A stretch of 64,000 nucleotides of DNA, taken from assembly GCF_030028105.1 (NCBI RefSeq), contig NC_092379.1, forward strand, positions 21,491,309 through 21,555,308, read 5' to 3'. How positions within the stretch are numbered: the first letter of the stretch is position 1; each line of letters opens with the position of its first letter. The translations under genes were made by a program, and so were the position numbers. This stretch comes from Mobula birostris (lineage: Eukaryota). The notes under the pieces are model-generated. The model saw nothing but the letters and a program-made list of their open reading frames with translations. It was not told the origin of the DNA and did no database searches. Shown one piece after another: positions 49,278-60,045 of the stretch.

Positions 49278-50611
49278 GGGAGGGAGGCCCATCGGCTGTT
49301 GGAGCATTGTATGATCCCCAATTCCTCCATCTTCTTGAACTCCTCCTTCGCCAGTCGGAGCTTGTCCGGTGGGAGCCTTCGAGTACGGGCGTGGAGGGGT
49401 AGTCCCTGGGTCGGGATGTGGTGCTGTACTCTGTGTCTGGGCATGGCTGCCGTGAACTGCGGTGTCAGAACTGATGGGAAATCCACCAAGACCCTGGTGA
49501 ATTCGTCGTTGGACAGCGTGATGAAGTCCAGGCGTGGGCCTGGCAACTTGGCTTCACTTAGGGAGAATGTTTGAAAAGTCTTGGCGTGGACTAGTTGCTT
49601 CCGTTGCAGGTCGACCAGCAGGCTGTGAGCTCGCAGAAAATCTGCCCCCAGGAGTGGTTGGGCCACGGCTGCCAGTGTGACGTCCCACGTGAACCGGCTG
49701 GAGCTGAACTGTAGCCGCACCGTGCGGGTGCCGTCGGTCCGTATTGTGCTGCCATTTGAGGCCGTCAGGGTGGGTCCCAGTTCTCTGTTGCGGGTGTTGT
49801 AACTGGGAGGTAAAACGCTGATCTTCGCTCTGGTGTCGACCAAAAGGCGGCGTCCTGACTGCTTGTCCCAGACATACAGGAGGCTGTCCTGATGGCCAGC
49901 CGCCGTAGCGATCAGCGGCGGCTGCCCTGCGTTTCCCGGGAATTTGCTGGGTGGTCGACAGCGGCGGGCCTCTGTGTCCCACCACTGGTGGTAGAAGCAC
50001 CATTGGTCGTTGGGCTCCTCACTCCCGTCGCCGGGTTTTGTAGGCTCTGCTGCCGGGCCTGGTCTGGTCTGCCGTTGGGCACGCGGCTTGGTGATCTGTG
50101 CAGACGCCCCTCTCTCCTTCCTGGCATTCCACAGCACATCTGCCCGGGCCGCCACCTCCCGGGGGTCGCTGAAATCTGCGTCGGACAGCAGCAGGCAAAT
50201 GTCCTCGGACAGTTGCTCTAGGAACACCTGCTCAAACATGGGGCAGGGTTTGTGTCCTTCAGCCAGGGCCAGCATTTCGTTCATTAATGCCGACGGCAGC
50301 CTGTCGCCCAGACCATCCAGGTGCAGTAAGCGGGCAGCTCGCTCGCGCCGTGAGAGTCCAAAAGTCCTTATGAGCAGGGCTTTGAATGCTGTGTATTTGC
50401 CGTCCTCCGGGGGCAACTGTATAAACTCCTCAACTTGTGCAGCTGTCTCCTGGTCGAGCGAGCTCACCACGTAGTAGTAATGAGCGGAATCGGAGGTTAT
50501 CGGCCGAATGTGGAATTGGGCTTCTGCTTGTTTGAAGCATAAGCGGGGTCGCAGCGTCCAGAAGCTTGGCAGTTTTAACGAAACTGCATGAACAGATGCG
50601 GCGTTGGTCAT
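49278..50611 (-). pseudogene. Gypsy gag-protease-RT start, open up to the Tx1 junction
   Basis: MTNAASVHAVSLKLPSFW; CFYH-x9-C-x3-S; LLVDTRA (protease DTG>DTR); LGIIQCSNSRWAS. Confidence 0.85.
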
Positions 50612-50635
50612 CTCTGGTCCAAATATCGTTTGGGC

Positions 50636-50649
50636 CGTCAGGGTCACCA
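50636..50649 (-). promoter_or_regulatory. Primer-binding site complementary to tRNA-Trp
   Basis: TGGTGACCCTGACG, 2 nt after the LTR, vs TGGTGACCCCGACG expected from the eukaryotic tRNA-Trp 3' end (13/14). Confidence 0.75.
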
Positions 50650-50651
50650 AT

Positions 50652-50938
50652 TGTAGCGGTGTGCTACACACAGCGCTAGAATAACGACACGTAGTCGGTG
50701 AGTTGGAGTTGCGATAAAAAAGATTTATTCAAACTTCGCGGCCTCCTTTAAAGCCTTCCCCTTCCCGCCCTCCCCGGGCCGGACTGCTGTGGGGAATGCA
50801 TATTCCCAGACCGTTTCGCGCACGGGATTTTCCCGCACTGGTGAAGATGGCCTGGCGCCCTTTTTGGGGGCCGGCCTCTCTGCCGGCGCGCGTCGTTTTG
50901 TGAGCCGGTTCGTGTGTGCTGGAAAGTGGGTCCCCACA
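50652..50938 (-). repeat. 5' LTR of the CsRN1-like Gypsy (287 bp)
   Basis: TGTGGGGA...CCGCTACA; AATAAA at ~50724-50729; CpG-rich. Confidence 0.85.
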
Positions 50939-53900
50939 ATATTGTGGGGAGTGAAAAAGGTTAGCAACAATTACAGTGGGATGTTGATCAGCTGAGTAGG
51001 TGGGCTGAGGAATTACAAATAGAGTATAATTCAGATGAGGATGTCTCTGAGCGATGGCAGAACATTCTCAGTGAGGAAGGTGAGCAGATTGAAATGGTTG
51101 AACACATTGGCTGAAATGACAATAGGCAGAAAAGTGGATGTGCTGCTGTGGGGTGAATATGGGGAGTTGTAAAACAGGTTAAGATGTAAGACTCCATCAG
51201 TGATAATCTCTGGATAATTCCCAGTGCCGTGTGCTGGTGAGGTTAAAAATTTGACATATTGTAGATGAGTACATTGCAGAGACCTTGCACAGGGAGCAGG
51301 AATTCAGTTCTCCGGACCTTTCAGATGTATTCTGGGACAGACGTAATGTGTACGGATAATTTTGCACCTTAACTTAAGAAGGGCTGCAAATAAAAATAAA
51401 ATGCTGGGAACTATGGACGAGTGAACCCAATATCTGTGGAATGAAGTTAATGTAATAGAGCAAAAATCAGTGGGAAGTTAGTTTGGGAAGATTTAAAAAC
51501 CACCAGAAGTCAACAATAAAAGTCTTAAAGAAGCTAAAGATGGAATATGAAAATAAGCTAGCCAATAATATTAAAGAGGATACCAAAAGTGTCTTCAGAT
51601 ACATAAAGTGTAAAGAGAGGTGAGAGTGGGTATCAGACCACTGGAAAATAATGCTGGAGAGGTAGTAATGGGGATAAGGAAATGGTGGACAAACTGTACA
51701 AGTATTTTGCATCAGTCATCACTGTGGAAGACACTAGCAGTATTGTGTAAGTTCGAGAGGGTCGGGGGCAGAAGGGAGTGAAGCTGCCATTACTAGGGAG
51801 AAAGTTCTTGACAAACCGAAATGTCTGAAGTTAAATAATTCACCTGGACCGATGGTGCACACCCCAGGGATCTGAAAGAGGTGGCTGAAGGGATTGTGGA
51901 GATATTAGTGATGATCTTTCAGGAATCACTAGATTCTGAAATGGTTCCAAAAGCATAGAAGATTGCAAATGTCACTCCACTCTTCAAGAAGGGAGAGAGG
52001 CAGAAGAAAGGAAATTATAGGCCAGTTGGTCTGACCTCAGTGGTTGGGAAGATGTTGGAGTTGATTCGTTTTGGAGTACTTGGAGGCACAAATAGGCACA
52101 GTCATCAAGGTTTCCTCAATTGAAAATCCTGACTGATGAAACTTGGAATTCTTCAAAGAAATACAAAGCAGAAAAAACACAGGAGAATTAATGGATGCTG
52201 TGCATTTGAAATTTCAGAAGGCCTTTGACAAGGTGCCACACATGAGGCCGCTTAACAAGTTACGAGCCCATTGTATTTCAGAAAAGATATTAGAATGGCT
52301 GATTGGCAGGAGGCACAGAGTGAGAAGAGGAGCCTTTCTGGTTGGCTGTGGGTGACTGGTGGTGTTCCACAGGGTTTTGTGTTGGGACTGTTTCATTGAA
52401 CATGTAATGTGTAACGTAACCGGCAACAATGAATATCAATCGAGACAGGTTATATAAAAACAACCAAACATTTATTAAACATGGATAAACGATAAGGGAA
52501 AAAATAAACAAAATCTTTAACTGGAAGTTAACAGATATGCAGCCGTTCACCAGCTCGCCAGTCGGCTCTGGTTCTTAAAGCGTTAAATGCAAAAACAGTT
52601 CTTAAAGTGATACAGTCAGATGTAGTTCTTAAAGCGATAACTTCGAAAGTCCAACAGTTTTACACGTTCAATTGGGAGAGACTTCTCTGGAGAAGGATTT
52701 CTTCACACATGCAACTTTCCTGCTGGTTCTGTCCACAGGATTCACGATGTCGAAAATGAATAGTTTATATCAACTGACCTTAAGTTCCTTTAGAGAGAGA
52801 GAGCACCTTTTTGCATGAACTCCTTTCTGTTTTTGGCAAGAGTTATCTCGATGCAGGTCGTACTTCTCCAACGGAGACTCAGTAAGGTCGATCCTTAAAC
52901 TGCCAAACGATGCCGACTTCTCTCGATCCTTCGATTCTGTACTTTGATAAATTCTTCACCCTCCCTTCTACTGTTGGAATTGGGTAAATCAACACATCTA
53001 GCAAAAATTTCCAGTCCAACAATATGGTATTTTTCTAGAGAACGCAGTACTCCGTTTTAAACATGAAACTGTGTCACAAAAACAAACGCGCAACAGAAAC
53101 GGAGACACAACACGCTCTACGTGGAAATCTACAAACTAAAAAACCCTACTGCGTCACCTGGGTCGACCCTTATATAGTCATGGGTCACGTCATCACGTGA
53201 CCTCACATCGATGGGAAAATCACATCAGGTGACCTCCAAAAGACCATTACATCATTCTCACAGAAAAGAAGCACATCTCCTTGAGTATGTAACAAATGTC
53301 GATGACTGGGACGATGGAATTGATGGCTTTGTTGTGAAGTTTGCAGATGATACGAAGATAACTGAAGGGGCAGGTAGTTTTGAGGAATTACAGAGGCTAC
53401 AGAAGGATTTAGCCAGATTAGGAGAATGGGCAATGAAATTGCAGATGGAATATAGTGGAATTCAGTGTCTGGAAGGGTTTGGTTATGCACTCTGGCAGAT
53501 GAAATAAGAGGATAGACTATTTTCTAAATGGAGAGAAAATTCAAAAATCTGATGTGCAAATGGACTTGGGAGTCCTTGTGCAGGATTCCTTAAAGGTTAA
53601 CTTGTATGTGGCATCATTGGTGAGGAAGGCAAATGTGATGTCAGCATTCATTTCAGGAGGTCTAGAAGGTAAAAGCAATGATGTAATGTTGAGACTTCAG
53701 AAAGCACTGGTGAGGCCAACTTGGAGTATTGTGAGCAATTTTGGGCCCCTTATCAAAGAAAGGATGTGGTGACATTGGAAAGGATTCAAAGCAAATTCAT
53801 GAAAATGATTCCGGGATTGAAAGGCTTGTCATATGAAGACCGTTTGATGGCTTTGGGCCTGTGCTCAGTGGATTTCAGAAGAATGAGGGGTGATCTCATT

Positions 53901-54300
53901 GAAACAGATCGAATGTTGAAAAGCCTCAATGGAGCGGCTGTGGAGAGGATGTTTCCAATGGTGGGAGAGTCTTTAAGACCAGAGGACACAGCCTCAGAAT
54001 AGAGGGGTGTCCTGCCAGAACAGAGGTGAGGACAAAATTCTTTCAGAGAAGTGGTGAATCTGTGGAGTTCGCTGCCACAGACGGCTGTAGGGGCAAAGTG
54101 TTTTGAGGCAGATGTTGATAGATTCTTGACTAGTTAGGGCAAGAAGGGATACGGGAAGCAGACAGGAGATTGGGGATGAGGGAAAATCGATCAGCCATGA
54201 TGAAGTGGCAAAGCAGATTCGATGGGCCAAATGGTCTAATTCTACTGTTATATCTTAAGCTTTTAACGTAGGAGTTCTGAGAGTTAAGAGCTATTTCAGA
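50939..54300 (+). mobile_element. CR1 mosaic of segmental unit B
   Basis: Collinear with 9910-12125, including the RT/esterase junction at ~51035. Confidence 0.8.
52410..53294 (-). mobile_element. Solo LTR (885 bp)
   Basis: TGTAAC...GTAACA; perfect 4-bp TSD aatg (52406-52409 / 53295-53298); minus-strand TATA ~53170 and AATAAA ~52472; empty site in copy C. Confidence 0.85.
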
Positions 54301-55482
54301 AAACTGGGGTAGATTAGGATTAGTGAGTAAGGCTCTTCGTGTGGGAGATTATGTTTCATGAGTTTCCTCTGTTTAGTCCCTGCTTCACCTTCCGTAAGAC
54401 CATAAGGTTTCTCTCTTTCTGCTCTCATTTCTTCATTACTGATCTATTAGGACTAGTAGTTTAGTGGGAATGGCTCCAGGAGCAGTGTTTTGCATTCTGT
54501 GTGGGATGTGGGGTGTCTGGGAGACTCCAGTCTCCTAGGTGAACACATCTGTACCAGGTGCGCCCAGTTGCAGCAACTGAGAGAATGTATTAAGGAACTG
54601 GAGCTGCAACTCGATGACCTTCGACTCGTACGGAAGAATGAGGAGGTGAAAGACAGGAGCTACAGGGAGGTAATAACCCCAAGGTTGCAGGAGACTGTCA
54701 GGAGGTTGGGGCTGAGAGAGAAAATGGATCAACCACGATGAAATGTCGAAGCAGACGCGATGGGTCAAAATGGCCTAATTCTGCTATATCATGATTTTAA
54801 TGGAGGAGTTCTGAAGCTTGAGAGCTATTTCAAAAAACTGGGGTAGATTAGGATTAGTAAACAAGGTTGTGTGTGTGGGAGATTATGTCTCATGAATATG
54901 AACATTTGATCTGTTTCAATGAGGTCATTTTTCTGAAATCCACTGAACACAGGCCCAAAGCCATCAAACGGTCTTCATATGACAAGCCTTTCAATCCAGG
55001 AATCATTTTTGTGAATCTCATTTGAACCTTTTCCAATGTCACCACATCCTTTCTTTGATATGGGGCCAAAATTCTCACAATAATCGAAGTTGGCCTCACC
55101 AGTGCTTTCTGAAGTCTCAACAACTGGGTGACTGTCAGGAGAAGGAGGGGAAATGCACAACCAGTGCAGAGAGCACCTGTGGCTGTTCCCCTCAATAATA
55201 AGTGTTTAACTTTTCATACTACTGAGGGGTCGACCTTCCAGTGGGGAGCCAGAATGACCGGGTCTCTAGCACTGAGTCTGGTGATGTGGCTCAGAAGAGC
55301 AGAGATATCAAGAGGTCTGCAGTGTTGATAGGAGATTCCTCGGTCAGAGAAACAGAGATGAGGTTCTGTGGGCGCAGTAGAGACATGCAGATGGTAGGTT
55401 GTATCACTACTGCCAGGCTTAGGGATGTCTCAAATTGTGCCCATGGCAATCTCAAGGGTGAGGGTGAGCAGCCAGAAGTCTT
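54300..55482 (+). mobile_element. CR1 5'/ORF1 region of unit B with a complex templated insertion
   Basis: HICTRCAQLQQLRECIKELELQLDDL; VLIGDS; ends at gaagtctt before the Gypsy LTR. Confidence 0.7.
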
Positions 55483-55663
55483 TGCTATGAGACACTCCCA
55501 ACTGCACCAACTTCCGGGATCTAGGCACACGAACACTCGGGAGTACGGATAGCTGGCACGGCCCCTTTTAGGATTCAGGATGATCCCGCTAATTGGTAGT
55601 CCTGGTTTTGGTGCTAAGAATTGACTATATAATGAATGACTGAACAGATATTTGATGCCACAT

Positions 55664-55851
55664 GGAATATCATCAAGCAACGCACAGAAAATCCTGGAGG
55701 AACTCAGCAGGCCAAGCAGCATCTATGGAAAAGAGTATAGTTGACGTTTCAGGCTGGGACCCTTCATCATGGTGAGGGGTCTGCTGAGTTCCTCCAGAAT
55801 TTTGTGTGTGTTTCTTGGATTTCCAGCATCTGCAGATTTTCTCTTGTTTGT
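55664..55851. repeat. Penelope-derived fold-back element with decayed hammerhead, inside the LTR
   Basis: Arms ctggaggaactcagcag / ctgctgagttcctccag; ATGATGA-agggtcccagcct-GAAACGTC on the minus strand. Confidence 0.65.
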
Positions 55852-57230
55852 AAGGAGCAGCTGATTAGTTTTGGTGCTCAATTGTAAGGTGACTAGTGAT
55901 ATCATCTCGTGTTTGCTTTGTGTCCAAATCTAGTTTGATACAGCGTATAAAATCTTGCTTCGCATACCCCAGCAATTGGTCCAAACCATCCTCATCAAGG
56001 ACTCTCATCTCAGTACGATTGAGCCACATGGACCCAGTGGGATATCAAAATCTTTCCTGCACTGTGGCCAGCTGCAGTGAAATGATTTCCAGACAAGGTC
56101 TGGAGATCCAGAACCTCCAGGTAACCATACATCAACTTGCATAAAGAGGAAGCCAAGTTCACTCAGGAGAGCCAGTCAGTTCTTCTGTGGAGCCAGCACT
56201 TCTTCCATCCTTGGAAAGATTCGATGGTACCCAGGTTCTTGCCACAGCTTCCTCACACAATACTCATTAGTGTTTAAACTACAGCCATCCCAGTTCCCTT
56301 CAGAGCACGGAAAAGTGGCCTTCATTACCTCTCTCGTGTCTGGAAGACCCTGACCTGGGCTACTATGCACTGGGGACTCAGTCAGAGATCTGCTCGGATT
56401 CAGAGGAATTCATGGCCGCCATGAGGAAGGTATTTCATCACCCCAGAGGAGCCTGCGAGCCTCGGGCCGCCTGATGAAGATTCAGCACGGGGTATAGTCC
56501 ACGGCCGACTACACAGTCGAATTTTGGATCTTGGCCCAGGAAAGTGGTTGGAACAGGGAGATCTTGGCCGTCACGCCGCCATGAATTCCAAGATGAACTG
56601 AAGTATTCCCTCGCCTCAACAGAGCCAGCAGAGAACTCAAAAGTTCTGATTGACCAGTCCATCCATCTCAATAATTATCTGTCAGAGCGAAAGTGGGACC
56701 ACTTCAGGAAATCAAAGGGAGCCACTCCAAGGCCGGTTCCTACACATCGTAGTTCCACTCCCCAGCCTTAGACCATAACCAGCCTGTCACCTGCTCAAGG
56801 TCCAGTCAAACCCATGCAGCTCAGTTGCATGAGACTCTCTGCCGATGAGAGATCCCGGGATCGGAATCGAGATCGCTGGTTTACCTGCAGGGAAGTATGT
56901 CACCAGCGGGCCGTATGTCCCAGGCTGCAACTGTTGGGACGGCTAAGACGTCCAGTATCGGGAGGACAGTGATGCTGGTAGTCACTACTCCCTTCCCACT
57001 GATTCTGGGTTCGTGCTGAAGGCAGAGTTTTCCAGGGTAACAACTTAAGGCAAGTGGGGACTTCAGTGTACTAGGGCAGCGGGTAATTTTTTGGATTTAA
57101 GAACAGCCCATTGGTTCAACATACTGCAGCGAGAGTTGAGTCAACCCATGTCTGCAAATGTCTTGGACGGTCGTCCTCCAGGTTCTGGACAGATCCAGCT
57201 GTGGACAGACTGTGGATTTGCAGATGAGGA

Positions 57231-57793
57231 CAGATAGAGAGATGGATACTTTATTGATCCCAAAGGAAATTACAGTGTCACAGTAGCATTACAAGTGCAC
57301 AGATATAAATATTAAAAGCAGAAAGAATAAAAAATAAGTTACCTCAAACTGTCTATCAGGAGGGAGCCATCACTTCCCTGGCTATAGGTTGACTCATTAT
57401 AGAGCCCAATGGCCGAGAGTATGAATGACCTCATGTAGCTCTGTTTGCAGCAGCACACTAGTCTTAGTCTACCACTAAAAGTGCTCCTCTGTTCAGCCAA
57501 GGTGGCATGCGGCGGGTGAGAAACATTGTCCAGAATTGCCAGGGTTCTCCGATGGGTCCTTTGTTCCACCACAGCCTCCAGTATATCCAGTTGGACTCCG
57601 ATAACACAGCCAGCCTTTCTCATCAGTGCACTGAGCCTGTTAGTATCACCCGTGTTGATGTCATTGCCCCTGGACACCACCCCATAGAAGACTGTACTGG
57701 CAACAACAGACTGGTAGAACATGTGAAGGAAAGGCCTGCATCCTCCAAAGGATCTCACTCTCCTCAGGAAGTAGAAGTAACTCTGGCCCTCTT
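57231..57793 (-). mobile_element. Rex1-like 3' fragment inserted in the Gypsy protease (copy B)
   Basis: GQSYFYFLRRVRSF..FYQSVVAS; gatcaataaagtatcc tail. Confidence 0.8.
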
Positions 57794-58157
57794 TGTGGAA
57801 GACATTAGTTTCTACATTATTGACTCTCCACTCATACCCCTGATCCTTGGGTCCCCTTGGCTGTCCCAGAATAACCCATCCAATAAATGGAGGGAGGGGA
57901 GAATCATTGCTTGGTCCAGTCATTGTAAGACAGTTTGTTTGTGGCATGGTGTTCCAAGTCCCGGACTCTCCTGTGACCAACAACCAGTAATGGGGCAGCC
58001 TTAGAGCTTCTGGACACCTAGTCCTGCCCTCAAGGATGGACAAGCCGGTTCCAGCAAATGGGACTGTGTGGGTCCTGACACTCTCGAGTCGGGATCCCAC
58101 AGGAACCGGAGAGAGGGAAACTCTAGTTCAGGAGAGGACCAAAGAGATGCCCAAACA

Positions 58158-59564
58158 AAGAGTCCACCTTGAGATTGCCACTGGAGATGACGAACCTCGA
58201 GAATGAAACAGTCATCACGTGAAACTCGGAGTTCTCCAACTTGACATAAAGTTCATGCTCTGGAAATCTCTTTAAAATGTCCCTTCATAAACAACGTTCT
58301 CCTTCATGGGTTTTGGGAAGATAAAGATGTTGTCCAAGTCAACTAAGGCATACTTATGGAGAGGATCCTGGAGCATGTCATTTGTAAATGGCTGCAGCAT
58401 TCACAAGGCTGAAGGGCATAACCAGGTACTCGTCGTGCCCCATCAGTGTACTGAATGCAGTTTTACACTCATCGCCTTCCCTTATATGGACCAGATTGTA
58501 TTCACTCCGTACGTCCAGTTTTGTGAACACGCTCGCTCCGTGGAGCATCTCGAATGCCGTTTTCATGAATGGTAGTGGGTAGTGATTTTTGGCTGTCATG
58601 CGGTTTAATCCCTTATAAGCAATGCACGGCCGCTGGGTCCCACCCTTGCTTTGTACGAAGAAGAAGCCTGCGCAGGCAGGTGAGGTGGAGGGCTGAATGA
58701 AGCCCATGGCAAGACCCTCCTTCATATGGTCTTCCATTACACTTCTCTCTGGGCCCAAGAGCAGGTACAATCAATTCTGCGGGGTAAAGAAATGAGCAGC
58801 AGGTCAATCGCACAGTCGTAGGGTCAGTGCGGGGGAAGACGTGAGGCCTGTCTCTTGTCAAAGACCTCCTGAAACTCCTTGTGGAATGAAAGGATTTCGA
58901 CCCTTTTGGGTGTTGCTCTCTCCTTCAGACCTTCCTGTGAGAATGACTCCTGAGCCTTGGGCAGCATGAGTGATTCAATCGACCTCAGAGACCCCTCCCT
59001 ATGCTCAAAGATCATTCATGGAAACGGGCCAAATCGGAGTCCAAATCCCCGTCTAAATCCTCAGGCAATGGCAGCAAGGCATTACAGAGGGTTCCTTCCC
59101 TCCTGGAAATTGGTTTCATGGTTCAGTGTAAAGCAGTCTTTTCCCTTCCTTGAGACCTGGCACCTGGATTCCTTAAACTTGTCTGCAAGTTCCCCAGACT
59201 GTTTGGGCATCTCTTTGGTCCTCTCCTGAACTAGAGATTCCCTCTCTCTAGTTCCTGTGGGATCCCGACTCAAGAGTGTTCAGGACTCTCACAGTCCCAT
59301 TGGCTGGAACCAGCTTGTACATCCTTGAGGGCAGGACTAGGTGTCCAGAAGGTCTGAGGCTGCCCCATTACTGGTCATTGGTCACAGGAGAGTCTGGGAC
59401 TTGGAATACCATGCCACAAACAAACTGCCTTACAATGACTGGACCAAGCAATGATTCTCCTCTCCCTCCGGTTCATGGATGGGTTATGCTGGGACAGTCA
59501 AGGGTAACCGAGGATCAGGGGTATGAGTGGAGAGTCAATAATGTAGAAAGTAATGTCTTCCACA
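58158..59564 (-). mobile_element. Chromoviral Gypsy copy C: protease-RT
   Basis: [54 protein letters not shown]. Confidence 0.8.
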
Positions 59565-60036
59565 GGAAGGGCCAGAGTTACTTCTACTTCCTGAGGAGAG
59601 TGAGATCCTTTGGAGGATGCAGGCCTTTCCTTCACATGTTCTACCAGTCTGTTGTTGCCAGTACAGTCTTCTGTGGGGTGGTGTCCTGGGGCAATGAGAT
59701 CAATATGGGTGATGCTAACAGGCTCAATAAACTGATTAGAAAGGCTGGCTCTGTTATAGGAGGGAGTCAAAGTGGATATACTGGAGGCTGTGGAAGAGCA
59801 AAGGGCCCATCGGAGAATCCTGGCAATTCTGGACAATGTTTCTCACTCTCCACATGCCACCTTGGCGAAACAGAGGAGCACTTTTAATAATAGACTAAGA
59901 CAAGTGTGCTGCTGCAAACAGAGCTGCATGAGGTCATTCATACCCTTGGCCATTGGGCTCTATAATGAGTCAATCGATAGCCAGGGAAGTGATGCCCCCT
60001 CCTGGTAGACAGTTTGAGGTAACTTATTTTCTATTC
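59565..60036 (+). mobile_element. Rex1-like 3' fragment (copy C, paralog of 57231-57793)
   Basis: Reverse complement of 57322-57793. Confidence 0.8.
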
Positions 60037-60045
60037 GTTCATTCT

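Larger units (their letters stand above)
40660..50938 (-). mobile_element. CsRN1-like Ty3/Gypsy LTR retrotransposon, interrupted by Tx1; 3' LTR missing
   Basis: 5' LTR, PBS, gag-pro-RT start (50938-49278); RT-RNaseH-IN-GPY/F (42962-40660). Confidence 0.9.
55483..58157 (+). mobile_element. Chromoviral Gypsy copy B: 5' LTR 55483-56012, gag, protease, truncated at 58157
   Basis: LTR homologous to 19918-20101; gag-like DYTVEFWILAQESGWN at ~56500-56550; IIDSPLIPLILGSPWL. Confidence 0.75.
57322..60036. repeat. Inverted repeat core: arms 57322-58157 and 59200-60036, spacer 58158-59199
   Basis: Same Rex/Gypsy junction in both arms; about 11 differences in one 108-nt block compared by eye. Confidence 0.9.

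Noticed and set aside
42963-50938. GC/CpG-rich block as bacterial contamination or a prophage
   Set aside because: Fully explained by young eukaryotic Tx1 and Gypsy elements joined to host repeats
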